A stretch of DNA of 64,000 bases from Octopus sinensis (lineage: Eukaryota): positions 109,926,001-109,990,000 of the forward strand of contig NC_042997.1 of NCBI RefSeq assembly GCF_006345805.1, read 5' to 3'. Every line of letters starts with the position of its first letter. Positions within the stretch are counted from its first letter, which is position 1. A program made the position numbers and the translations under genes. The notes beneath the pieces were generated by a model. The model searched no databases and was not told where the DNA came from. It was given only the letters and a program-made list of their open reading frames with translations. Positions 39,945 to 54,640 of the stretch are shown here, piece by piece.

Positions 39945-40140
39945 GGCTGAGAACTGACAGAATCGTTTAACATGTCGGAAAAAACGCTTAGCGGCATTTC
40001 GTCCGTCTTTACATTCTGAGTTCAAATTCCACCGAGTTCCACTATATCTTTCATTCTTTCAGGGATCGATAAAATAAGTACCAGTTGAACACTGGGGTCG
40101 ATGTAATCGACTTATCCTTTCTCCTAAAAGATTTCAGTCG
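39945..40140 (+). mobile_element. SINE family A
   Basis: ctgacagaatcgttt head, gttcaaattcc, gggatcgataaaataagtaccagttg. Confidence 0.8.
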
Positions 40141-40751
40141 TTGTATCTACAGTAGAAAGGAAATTCGGAAGACGGCACGGTGTGACTCGAGGTAGATATG
40201 ACTACTAGCTTTAGCTCGTCGATATACCCTAGTAGTGTCTACGCCGTTGGTTTGTTTATTGATAATGAAGAGCTTACCTTCAAAAGCAGATCTAGGCATC
40301 GGAATGACTTTTGAATCATTGTTTAAAACAACTTGAATAGATCTGATTTTGATTGGAAGAATAAGATTCGCCTCCTCTCTATATGGCATCTATTCCCAGC
40401 TTGACTGAAAAACATTTCACGTGCGTGAAGCCAGAAGATTGCAGATTGTGTTTTAATGATTATCATGGAATCCACCAAATATGCACTTATAACGGTTTTG
40501 AAAGTAAGCTCCTAACACCATCTGTTGGTCGTCATGCGACAATATTTTGTTTTACAAAAATGTATTAATTAAAACCGATATCTTACTGGTTTAATTATTT
40601 GTCGGCCCCAGGGAGGGAATATATAAACTTAATAACCATTGGATGTAATAAAGTGGACGGTTCTATTCTTTCCGCCAACTCAGCTTTTAAAAGCCGACCT
40701 CAATGTCAGTCGAGATGGACTCCCGATTTTTATCATTTATCTTCTCGGTTC

Positions 40752-41246
40752 TCTTTTACTTGTTTCAGTCATTAGAATGCGGCCATGCAGGGGCATCGCC
40801 TTCATAATTTCTTAATCGAATGAATACTTATTTTTTAAAGCCTGGTAATATTTTATCGGTCTCTTTGACCAAACTGCTAAGTTACGGGGACGTAAACACA
40901 TCAACACCGGTTGTCAAGAGGTAATGGAGAACAAACGCAGACACTAAGACACACAGACAAGTGCGCACCGGTTTATGGGATTACCCTGGGTTTCTCGTCC
41001 ATAAAGGGTGTAGCTTTATGGCGTACCGTCAGACCCTAAAAACCGTTGGCCTGCTCTACATATTATATAAGTCGCTATGATTGACCGCTCACTCCAAAGG
41101 GTTTTTGATTCTTTCTGTTTATTTCATCGTGTTCTTTTCTGTTGAAGAGCGTAGGCTCGAAACGTAAAAGACTTTCTCGGCTTCCGAGTGTCAAACTGCT
41201 TGTTGTTTGTACACCTATCTTCGTCTTTTGTTTTTCTGTAAATTCC

Positions 41247-41294
<48 letters not shown>

Positions 41295-41472
41295 TTATAT
41301 ATATATATATATATATATTCAATAAGCTTCTTTCAGTTTCCGACTACAAAATTCCCTCATAAGCTTAGGGCAGCATGAGGCAATAGTAGAGGACATTTTC
41401 CCAAGGTGCTACGCGGTTGATTGAACCCGTAACCATGTGATTGGGAAGCGAACTTCTTACCATACAGCCACA
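40752..41472 (-). mobile_element. SINE family C split by an insertion into its internal microsatellite
   Basis: Tail half at 40752-40955 and head half at 41321-41472, with unrelated sequence plus (TA)n between them. Confidence 0.75.
40965..41250 (+). mobile_element. Penelope-type LTR-like fragment carrying a hammerhead-like motif
   Basis: ttctgttgaagagcgtaggctcgaaacgt is identical to the reverse complement at 63114-63142; both copies run through cttcgtcttttgt into (TA)n. Confidence 0.65.
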
Positions 41473-41978
41473 CCAGTCAAAATTTCTCTCTAATATTCAG
41501 TATTTCGTATCAATGTTCCTGTAATCTGAGAAATGGTAAAAATGATTAATGAAAGTCTTGTTAGTAAATTCTAAACAAAACTAAATGGGTCCTGCTGTAG
41601 ATAACATCTTGAAGATGTAGAAAGTTTGCGTTGATGAATGTAAATTGGGGTCGTGTGCGAGAAGCAGTGATGGAGGGATGCCAGCCACCCTCATACAGTG
41701 TTCCAGTTCAGTTCAGCCAGTTCCACTCCACATCATGTGCAGTCATGCTTGACGAATCTGAAACGATTGCAATCAGATAGAAGTCTCAACCAATTCCATT
41801 GATGATGTCACTCTTGAAAAAGGTAAACATCAAAAGAAATCGGAAAGGAAACAAAAACATGCCGAAACTACTTATATTATGACATGTTTCAATACATCAA
41901 AGAGATTTAAAATTTCCTGAAAAGCAGCGACAACAACAACAACAACAACAACAATAATAAAATTGATAATAATAATAA

Positions 41979-42013
<35 letters not shown>

Positions 42014-42193
42014 TAATATTCACAATATTCATAATCAAAAATCAGACATTTATGGAATGCAACTAAAACAAGAAAAAAACACATGTCAGTCATTTTTTTC
42101 CTCTGAGAATTTAACCCGATTTAAATAAGGTTAATTCAATTGTTTAATTCTGTTTCTCCATTGGACTTTATTTTGCAGATCAACATATTTCAA

Positions 42194-42258
<65 letters not shown>

Positions 42259-42811
42259 ACACGAATCAGTATATGTCTATGTAAGGCCGAGGTAAGACAT
42301 TTCGATATTGCCATATTTCGTTACTTATATCTCAATGTTTTTCTGTTAATCTTTTTAGAGATCTTCTTTATCCTGCCAGTCATCCGATTTTCTCGCTTCA
42401 TATCGCCCACATAACTCCTATGTCTGGATTTAATATGTTTTTTCGATCTTTTTTTTTTTTTACCATTGTTGCTGTTTTTTTCCCTCCCTTTGTCTTTCTG
42501 TTTCCGTTCTGATCACAGACAATCCATCAATCAGCTTCTCGACCTCGCTACCGATCTGCCATTTCTTCTCTTTGTTTTCTGTCTCTTTCGTAATCCGTTT
42601 CAACTATATCTATATATAAAGAGAGAGAGAGGGGGGGAGGGGAGATATTCGTATGTATGTGAGTGTATGCGTGCGTGTGTGTGTTTATGCATCTATGCAT
42701 GTATAAATATATATTATGATATATGTATAAACATACATATATTATACATATGCATATTTATTTGTACCTCCATCTATCCATCTATATATATATACATATA
42801 TGTCTGTCTGG

Positions 42812-42860
<49 letters not shown>

Positions 42861-43547
42861 ATATATATATATATAGTATATATATATTATATATATATAT
42901 ATATGTAATATATATATATATATATATATATACATATGATCTATATATAATATATATATATTATATATGTATATATATATACATATGTCTGTAAATATAT
43001 ATATATATATATATAATTTATATATATAGACTGTATATATATGTTGAGATATACATATATATAATATATATAATACATATATATATGTATGTATATTTGT
43101 GTGTGTGTGTGTGAGTACGTGTATAAGTTATATATTCTCATTTACTTCTTTCCATTTTTCGTCTAAATATTTTTGCAATCTAAAAAATAAATTCGGTTAC
43201 AGGAATAATAAAAGTTTCCTGTATAAACATCAAGTCAACAACAAAACCAACGTCACCACCATCACCACCACATCACCACCACCACCACCACCACCACCAC
43301 AGCCGACAACAACAACACCTTCAGTAATAAGAACAACAACAACAACCACCACCACCTTTAACAAGAGCAGTAAGAACAACAACGACAATAATGATACGTT
43401 GAAACAAAACCAGAAAATGTGTTGTGGTTTTTATTTTCCCCATCGAATACCTCTAATAATAAATACGTGATATTTTTGTCTCGTTTTGATTGTATCAAAC
43501 ATCAAAAATATCATATTTCATACAAAATAGATATAATCCAGATAGTT

Positions 43548-43613
43548 GATGATGATGATGACGATGATGGCGATAACGATGATGATGATGATGATGATGA
43601 CGACGACGACGGC

Positions 43614-43660
<47 letters not shown>

Positions 43661-44200
43661 CGTTGACGATGATGACGATGATGATGGTGACGATGACGAT
43701 GATGATGACGATGATGACGATGACGATGATGATGATGATGATGACGATGATGACGATGACGATGATGATGATGACGGTGCTGAGGATGATGATGAAGTTG
43801 ATGATGATAATGATGATGATGATGATGGTGATGGTGGTGATGATGGTGATGGTGGTGATGATGGTGATGGTGATGATGACGACGATGATGATGATGACGA
43901 TGATGATGATGGCGATGATGACGATGATGATGATTATGATAATGATGATGATGATGATGATGTTGATGATGATGACGATCACGATGATGATGACGACAAC
44001 GACGACGACGATGTTGATGATGACGACGACGACGATGATGATGATGATGATGACGACGACGATGATAATGATGATGACGATGACGATGATGATGACCATG
44101 ATGATGTGGAGGAGGACAATGAAGATCATAATCATAATGACGATGTTGACGACGATGATAAACAACAATAACAACAACAACCATAATAATAATAATAATA

Positions 44201-44235
<35 letters not shown>

Positions 44236-44303
44236 GTAATAATAATAATAGTAATAATAATAATAGTAATAATAATAATAAAAATGATAATAATAATAAT
44301 AGC

Positions 44304-44400
<97 letters not shown>

Positions 44401-44500
44401 ATAATAATAATAATAATAACAATAATAATAATAATAATAACAATATTAATAATAATAAGAGTAACGACGATAACATCAATAATAATATTAATAAATACAT
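43548..44500. repeat. ~950-bp compound trinucleotide array (GAT/GAC, then AAC, AAT, AGT, AAT)
   Basis: Directly visible; produces the poly-D, poly-M, poly-H and poly-I ORFs. Confidence 0.95.
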
Positions 44501-44979
44501 GAAAATAATGACTAGTATCAAAACATGAAGAAACGATGATGAAGAGTTAGTATGATGTTCATGGTGGTGGTGGTGGTGGTGGAATTGTTGTTGCTGGCAG
44601 TGGTGTCGGGTAGGATGCGAGTAAAGAAGATGTTAACCGGAAGTGACAACGTTTTTACAGAAGATCGTTCCATGTTCAATGTGGTGATTATTTCTAATGA
44701 AATCATTTCCCAATCACACACAGAACTCATTTCGTTCGATACTCCATAATTAACGACATCTACCAAAAAGCTCTTCCACAAATCACTTACCATTTTCGAG
44801 AGATTCCTGGATTCTTGGATAAGCTTTTTCTTTTTCTTTCCTACTTTCTGTATTTCTTCATCAATTTCTCGTCTTTCTATATATTCATATGTGTATGTGT
44901 TAGTGTGTGTATAAAATGTATCAATGCGTGTATGTTACGTGTGCGTGTAGGTGTGTGTACAATATATATTGCATGTCTA

Positions 44980-46790
<1,811 letters not shown>

Positions 46791-48089
46791 ATGACTCCAA
46801 CTCGATTTCGAGTCACGCGTTCTTAAAGCCGCAAGGATATGGCTTGACAACAATATCTGTTCGATCAGTCTTGATCTTCTGGTCTGTGTGGATTGCCATA
46901 TCGGTTTGATATTTTCTCAGACCTTTTCCGGAGTATACCTATAGCAACTGTTTTTTCCGTTGGCATTCCTTTATCCCCGTATTATGACCAACAACAACAA
47001 CAACATCATCATCATCGTATTCCACCTCCTTCTCCTCCTCCTCCTCCTCCTCCTCCTCATCATCATCATCATGATACCCGTTAAGGATACACGTGTCTGT
47101 GGAGTTCTCAGCCACTTCCACGTCAATTTCACGAGCAAGCTGTACCCTTCATCGGATCAACTGGAACCCTCGTCGTCGCAACCGACGGAGTGCCACGATA
47201 TTGTATCTATTCTTAATCGTCTGGTTTTAAGAGGAATTCTTTGTGGGATCGATGTGTTGCTGCTTTTATGATTAGTTTTGTTTTGTGCTGCGCATTACAA
47301 TTATAATCTATTGTAAGTTCGTGGAAATCCGCAGAGAGATCGCTACAACATAAGCTATAGCAGCAAATATGATATAAGAGTGGTTGGACTAAAGAGTTTT
47401 TTTTTTCTTTTGGGTCTATGTTCACAGCGTTTTCGTGACCACAATATGTATCACAATTGTACCAAAATATGAATGTATTATAACCCAAGTACGTGGATGA
47501 TATACTCTTCTATATAGCACACTAGTTGTTGTTGTCGCTGCTGCTACTGCTGCTGCTGTTGTTATGGGGAAGACAGAAGATAGCTCTTTACTTAAATTCA
47601 ACGCAGGAAACACTGCAAATAAAACTCAAACTAATACTAGGTGTCTATTTGTAGATGGGAAATATTACATTCATTGCATCGATTTATGCCCAGAACCCAA
47701 TTAAATACTTGTAATTACATGGAGTCAAGTAATATCCACTCGGACACGAAATGCCATTGGCGTAATCCCTACTTAGAAAATTATCTTGGATTATCCTCAG
47801 TAAACGAAGTATTGAAGAAATCCGCAGGCGACATGAAATATTACTTAACCACGAATGCTTCAAGAAATAGACCAACTCATAGAACAATACACGTGCACAT
47901 AAAACATATACGTCAGGCGGCTCAGCGGTTCAAATTACACAAGCCCCATTCGAAGGAAATGGTAACATTTTAGATGAACTCTTCTTCAAAAGTCTTCAGA
48001 AAACAAAATACAAATAAAATACATCATTCCAAACTAATGAGACAAATAATATACAATATGTATCTTGTTTTTTTTTTTTTTTTTTTTTT

Positions 48090-48460
48090 TTACTTTTTTC
48101 AGTCATTACACAGCGGCCATGCTGGAACACTGCGTTGAAGAATTTTTAGTCGAATGAATCGAACCGAGGACTTACATTTTTAAAGCCTGGTATCGGGATC
48201 TTTTACCGAACCGTTAAGCTACGAGGATGTAAATACACCAACACCGGTTGTCAAGCGATTGTGGGGAGCAAACACGAACACATACACAAACACACACACA
48301 GAAATACACACACATGTATATACGACCGGCTTCTTTCAGTTTCTTTCTAACAAATCCATTCACAAGGTTTTGGTCGGCTCGAAGCTATAGAACAAGACAC
48401 TTGGCCGATGTGACACGAAGTGAGACTGAACCCGGAAGCACGTGGCTAGGAGGTAAGCTT
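48090..48460 (-). mobile_element. SINE family C
   Basis: ttcagtcattacacagcggccatgctgg tail and ggcttctttcagtttc / gttttggtcggctcga motifs. Confidence 0.8.
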
Positions 48461-48519
48461 CTGATCAATAACAAATCACTAACAAATAACCAGCAATTAA
48501 CAAATCTTTTTAATTTGAT

Positions 48520-48715
48520 TGCAAATCTGAAACCACAACACTCAAAATGTTTTGTTGGTCAAACAAGTAAGACACTTTGCCGTCGGCTGACTATGCACCG
48601 ACAACGAGGAACAATGACAACGCGCAACATTCTAATACAAGAAACAAGACAATAAATACTTATTGATAGAAGCAATATGCAAAATACAACCCACTATTAA
48701 AATATACGCAAGCAA
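48520..48715 (+). pseudogene. Decayed Penelope-like GIY-YIG fragment
   Basis: CFVGQTSKTLCRRLTMH followed by ILLIEAICKIQPTIK resembles the YIGQT..L..RL.EH and L.IEAI.I...P.IN motifs of PLE nucleases; contains an in-frame stop. Confidence 0.6.
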
Positions 48716-48937
48716 CATACATTAGTCGCGAACGTACATTAGTAAGTTTGTCACAATCAAAGCTAGACACCTGATTAGGGACGCTCAATCAAGAATGCAA
48801 ATTTTGGCAGTAATGTTTGCATCAAACTCATTAGTCCTGAGAAATATTAGAGAGGCAGCAACACACACCAATATAACTTCATCCTGGAAATTTATTGCTT
48901 CAAGAACAAAAAACAAAAAATACATATATATATATGT

Positions 48938-49350
48938 AGGAATGGCTGTGTGGTAGGAGTGGCTGTGTGGTAAGTAGCTTGCTTACGAACCACATGTTTC
49001 CAGGTTCAGTACCACTGCGTGGCACCTTGGGCAAGTGTTTTCTCCTATAGCCTCGAGCCGACCAAAGCCTTGTGAGTGGATTTGGTAGACGGAAACTGAA
49101 AGAAGCCTGTCGTATGTATGTATATATATATATATATATGTGTGTGTGTGGGTGTGTGTGTGTTTGTCCCCCAACATCGATTGACAACCGATGCTGGTGT
49201 GTTTACGTCCCCGTCACTTAGCGGTTCGGCAAAAGAGACCGATAGAATAAGTACTAGGCTTACAAAGAATAAGTCCTGGGGTCGATTTGCTCGACTAAAG
49301 GTGGTGCTCCAGCATGGCCATAGTCAAATGACTGAAACAAGTAAAAGAGT
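48938..49350 (+). mobile_element. Young full-length SINE family C, 5' end duplicated (tggctgtgtggta twice)
   Basis: Clear head, cgtggcaccttgggcaagtg CORE-like motif, internal (TA)/(TG) tract and complete tail. Confidence 0.9.
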
Positions 49351-50064
49351 TAAAAAAATATATGTGTGCGTATGTGCGTGTCAGTGTGTGTTGTGTGTGT
49401 GTGTGTGTGTGTGTAATTCTTTTGTGGAATTGGAGCATCCGTCTGTCTGTGTGTCACTATGCGAACGGGAATCATGAGAAAAGCAAGAAAGGGAAGAAGT
49501 ACAAATATTTCAATGGTTGATAATGTTTTTCTCTTATTTCACTTTTTGTCGAACTTTTCTCGAAGAGACTCGGCAGTTTCCGCGAGTTAGTCTTCAGGAA
49601 TTAAAGCAGTATCCTGTATCATCTTTAATGTGATTTATTCCTTCGACCATTTTGTAAGCGAGGCATCCAAACAAGAAACGTTATCTAAAATTACCGCAAT
49701 ATGTTTTGTACAACAGTTTCAAATAGACACTTGACATGTTTATCTTTCAACGAATGAGATTCAAAATAACGAAACAAGAAACCCAAAACATTTAGATTTC
49801 CTACAAAACGAAGGAAGAGATGAAGATGGCTCTGGATTATTTTGTTGTTGTTTAGTCTGAATTCGGACCCGGTTGAGTAGACCTCAGAAGAAGACATTTC
49901 AGTTGGGAACAATCCGTTTATTTATTTCTATCTATCATGTACACCAGAATATATCATAGCTGTATTTCTTTTCGTTTCAGCAGGGTATGGTGGAATTACA
50001 GGTAGATATAGCTGCTACTGCTAGCGAGTCGTGTTATCCCTTAGAGCCTCCCATACCGGTTAAT

Positions 50065-50250
50065 GCTATGAGCTGACAGAATCGTTAGCATCCCAGGTAA
50101 AATGCTTAGCGGCGTTTCGTCCAACTTTACTTCTGAGTTCAAATTCCGCCGAGGTTGACTTTGCTTTTCATTCTCCCGAGGTCGATAAAATAAGTACCAG
50201 TTGAGCATTGGGGTCGATGTAATTGAAATTGCTGATTTTGTGCAAAATTT
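50065..50250 (+). mobile_element. SINE family A
   Basis: gagctgacagaatcgttagc head, gttcaaattccgccgaggt body. Confidence 0.82.
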
Positions 50251-50812
50251 TACGACCAATGTTTGGATGTAATATTTTGGCAATTGGTAAAATTCTATAC
50301 TCCAACTGCTAATGTCACTGGGAAAGATTCTAACGCGACAGCAAAACTTCAACTTATCTTCCTGAATTTATGAAAAAGAAAAACTGCCACAGTGAAAATG
50401 TACCTATGTGTGTATGTGTGTGTGTTTGTATGCGTGTATAGTTTACTATTTCACTGCGGTAAGATCAACAGAAAGTACTTCATCCAGTGAGATATAAACA
50501 TCATGTAATATTCTCAGTATAAAGATGTGACCCGCTAATAGTTTCTTGCTTTGGAGGCAAGAGTCTATGCAGGTTATTATAACACGCCCTGTGTCTCCAA
50601 GCAATTATCAGGCTCTGAAGAGACACGCTGACGTGTTATCAAAAACCTGCCTTGACACGCGTCTTCAAAGCAAGAAATATTTATACTGTGTACATCAAAT
50701 TATATATATATATAGTTTACCCAAGCATGAACAAAGAGAAAACACAACAACGCGAGGACGTGGAACAAGTATAGTGTTATTGGACGCTCAGGAATGGAAA
50801 GAAAGTAGGAGG

Positions 50813-50847
50813 ATTTAACGTTTCGAGCGGAGCTCTTCGTCAGAAAC
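50813..50847 (-). ncRNA. Minimal dimer-type hammerhead ribozyme candidate in a Penelope-type LTR-like fragment (about 50705-50915)
   Basis: GUUU-CUGACGA-A-GAGC(UCC)GCUC-GAA-ACGU-U-AAAU: intact core, stem III reduced to the palindrome ACGU. Confidence 0.65.
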
Positions 50848-51022
50848 AGAGGAAAAGGATAGATCCAAGGAAGGGAAGACGGAGGAAAATAATCGCCAAC
50901 GGTACACTTTCGGTCACATTGTGTATGTGTGTGTGTGTGTGTGGTGTGTGTGTGTGGTGTGTGTGTGTGTGTGCGCGCGTGGTGTGTCTGTGTGTATGTG
51001 TGGTGTGTGTGGTGTGTGTGTG

Positions 51023-51055
<33 letters not shown>

Positions 51056-51977
51056 CTCTCTTGGTTTTGTGGAGTAAAAACGACTAAAGCCGCAATGTCC
51101 GCCCCGCTCTCACCTGGACGTGACGCCAGTCCATTGTAGTGTTAACTTAGCAGCTGTTACTGATATGTATCTTGAACTAAGTGGATTGGAGCAACAAGAA
51201 TCGAAATGCTTTGCTCAAGAACACGTTGTGATCGTGAAGCGAATGCCGTCACCACTAAGTCGCAGATGTTTTATAAGAAACCAACACAACTCACAGCATC
51301 GCAATGTAACAATTTTAAGTGAATACATTTATATTTAACATGTCTGAGTAGATTAAATGGGGAAAGATCTTGGCTGCGGAGACTGTCTTGGGAGAGCAAT
51401 TCTCATTACAGACAACGTTAATGAGAAAGCACTTCCTACTGCACTACGAATGACGTCATCGGACCTTAGGAAATAAATAATACTGATTAGTAATTACTAA
51501 ATAAGATAATTAGGATAATTGAACATGGCTGGTTTCCCTAGGATTCATGCAAAACGATTCGAGCAACTTGTTTACGAGAACAGAACCAAATACAGCAAGA
51601 CTCCTGATGAGCTTTTATATGTTTTTCTGCGTTTAACTTGGACGACATTCTCTTTTTTAAGTATGGAATTTTTGTTAGCTGCTATCTTAGCAAACAAATT
51701 GACTGCATAGACAGTGGATCTATTAATTGTTGCTGTCTCGTCTCTTTTGTCAGAACGCAAACGGGTATAATTAAAGGCGTTCTAGTCGTGACCATCCATC
51801 TTTTTGTACTTCAGATACTATATAGTCCAATGTCCCCCTTTTTTAAGACAGTAAGGTGTGTTCTGGGAAGTGATTTGGTTGTTGTTTCTAGCAGTTCGAA
51901 AGACCACTTCTAAAGGATTGGTCGTTAGTTACCACGTAACGGCTCCCTCATTGATTTTTTAAAACTAAGATTTTTTT

Positions 51978-52552
51978 CTTCTCTAGGCACAAGGCCCTAA
52001 ATTTTAGGGGAGACGGCCAGTCGATAAGATCGACCCCAGTATGCAACTGGTAGTCAATTTATCGACCCCGAAAGGATGAAAGGCAAAGTCGACCTCGGTG
52101 GAATTTAAACTCAGAACGTAGCGGCAGACGAAATACCTATTTCTTTACTACCCACAAGGGACTAAACAGAGAGAGGACAAACAAAGACAAACAAACGGAT
52201 TTAGTCGATTATATCGACCTCAGTGCGTAACTGGTAGTTATTTAATCGACCCCGAAAGGATGACAGGTAAAGTCTACCTCGGCGGAATTTGAACTCAAAA
52301 CGTAAAGACAGACGAAATACCTATTTCTTTACTACCCACAAGGGGCTAAACACAGAGAGAACAAACAAGGACAGACAAACGGATTAAGTCGATTAAATCG
52401 ACCCCAATGCGTAACTGGTACTTATTTAATCGACCTCGAAAGGATGAAAGGCAAAGTCGACCTCGGCGGAATTTGAACTAAGAAAGTAACAGCAGACCGA
52501 AATGCCGCTAAGCATTTCACCCGGTGTGCTAAGTTTCTGCCAGCTCGTGGCC
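51978..52552 (-). mobile_element. SINE family A head-to-tail trimer
   Basis: Junction gaaatacctatttc at 52130 and 52314; one head at the 52552 end. Confidence 0.88.
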
Positions 52553-52846
52553 ATACTGTCTTTTATGAAGATCAATGAGAATATGAAATGCGGGACAGTG
52601 ACATTGGTATATTAAATTCTTCCTGTTTTTCAAGACAATAGGATGAGTGTTGTGCTAAGCTTGCCATCTTTGATTGCGTGTAGATCAGGGATTCTATACT
52701 TAAATGTGTGATTACGGAGAAATTTAAGTGATTATTTCTGACCTTCGATCAAAATCTGCCATCTGGGTTTGCGAATATCAGGGATTCCATACCCTCATCA
52801 TTCATTTCGTTCTAAATGCAGTAGTTTGAGACATGTGGGGTTTGAC

Positions 52847-52946
52847 NNNNNNNNNNNNNNNNNNNNNNNNNNNNNNNNNNNNNNNNNNNNNNNNNNNNNN
52901 NNNNNNNNNNNNNNNNNNNNNNNNNNNNNNNNNNNNNNNNNNNNNN
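52847..52946. other. Assembly gap (100 N)
   Basis: Run of N. Confidence 1.
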
Positions 52947-53376
52947 ACCTTTGCGTGCCATAAGGAATTGTCAGTTGTGACGTTTCCTCCCAGACAGACC
53001 TTGTTATGGTGTGTTACATAAGAATTTAATTGGTTATAGAAAGCGGCAGCGTTATAAGACATATTCCAATTATTTGTGCTGCTCAAAAATAGGAAGAATA
53101 TATTACGCAGACACAGGGGCTACAAAACATCACCAAGTACACATACACACACGCAAACACACACATACACACATACATACATATGTAAATTAGGCTGCAA
53201 ATTAGCACATGCAATTGCTAGAAATGAGAGCTAAAATATCACTCGGACAGCTACACAAAATCACCAACCACATGAGATATTCAGGGAATGCGAGCAGAAA
53301 GCCACAACGTTTTTCTTTGGCGAGTTAAACTCATTTGTTTCTCGTCAGAGGTTTATTTAACGCGGAGTAAATTGTA

Positions 53377-53438
53377 GGAATTCCTGATGAGAAACAAAAC
53401 CATGTTAGTTAAATTTCGAAATCACGTGATAGGGTTTT
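53377..53438 (+). ncRNA. Type I hammerhead ribozyme candidate, canonical core
   Basis: GGAAUUC-CUGAUGA-GAAA(19-nt loop)UUUC-GAA-AUCACGUGAU-A-GGGUUUU: G10.1-C11.1 pair, palindromic stem III, AUA site; stem I has 3 Watson-Crick and 4 G-U pairs. Confidence 0.6.
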
Positions 53439-54289
53439 ATCAAGCTCCTTCATTCTGTGAGTTTATCTTGCCGAAGAAAAAATGTTGTCGCTTGTTGCTC
53501 GAAGTCCTTGAACATCTCATGAGGTTGGTGATTTTGTGTGGCGATTCGATTTATATTTTTTAGCTCTTATTTCTAGCAATGTCAACTGTTATTTTGCAAC
53601 CTTATATATAAATTTTGTCTTTTTGGTTTTAATTGCTATAGCCACCTAAATTATAATGTATTTAATGTATGTTAATATATTAATATATTTATTATAATAT
53701 CTCATTGTATTATATATTTATATATGAATATATATTTATAGATATTAATATATGTATATATATGTATGTATGTGCATGTGTATATATATATATATATATA
53801 AGTGGGTGGGGAGTATTTCTAGCCAGATTGGAAGATATACATTTCGGTCTAGAAACGAATATTTTTGGTGTAGTTTGGTAGAATAGAATCGGTGGTCGAT
53901 TCAGAAATTGCAATTATATCAAAAAGCCGTGTTTTTGCCGAAGTTAACGGAGTAGAGAAGGATGAGAATGGCAAGGGAAATTGCAACGCCTGGAGTTTGG
54001 CCAGTAGGTTCCTTGCGAAACCTATCGCCTCTTTGTACGTGTCGACTTGACATTTACCGGACAGGAAATATAATTGCCTGTAATGATGAAAGTAAGAAGA
54101 TAAGGAAAACCAGAGCTGCAGACATATATATGTGTGACAGTGCATCTGTGCATGTAAGAGTGAATGTGTTTGTATATGTGTATGAGCTTGAGTGGTAGGC
54201 ATGGTTGATGTAGATATAGGTGTGAGGGTGGCGAATTTGTGGGGATTGGGGGATGGGGTTGGTTGGAAAAACTAACACAGAAAGAAAAT

Positions 54290-54640
54290 GTAATTAGAAT
54301 TGAGGAAAAAGGAGTCGGAGAAGTGCAAAGTTAAGGGGTGCAAAAAAGGAAGAAAAGACAAGGAGGAGGAGGAGGAGGGGTGAGAGGCGAAGAAGAAAAA
54401 AGGGAGTAATTGAAGAAAAGTAGTGAAGAGGAGGGTAAAATGATTTTATGATACTATAAAAGACAAGAAGAAGAAGGAGAAGAAGAAGAAGAAGAAGAAG
54501 ATGGAGAGAAGAAGAAGAAGAAGAAGAAGAAGAAGAAGAAGAAGAAGAAGAAGAAGAAGAGAAGAAGAAGAAGAAGAAGATGGTGAGGAGGAGGAGAAGG
54601 AGGAGGTGGTGGTAGCGAAAATTATAACGACGAAGAAACT
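54290..54640. repeat. Polypurine (GAA)n/(GGA)n tract
   Basis: Directly visible. Confidence 0.9.

Noticed and set aside
49560-49600. Minus-strand CTGAAGA...GAAACT(GCCG)AGTC
   Set aside because: Stem III and the GUC site look right, but stem II has one pair and stem I does not form.
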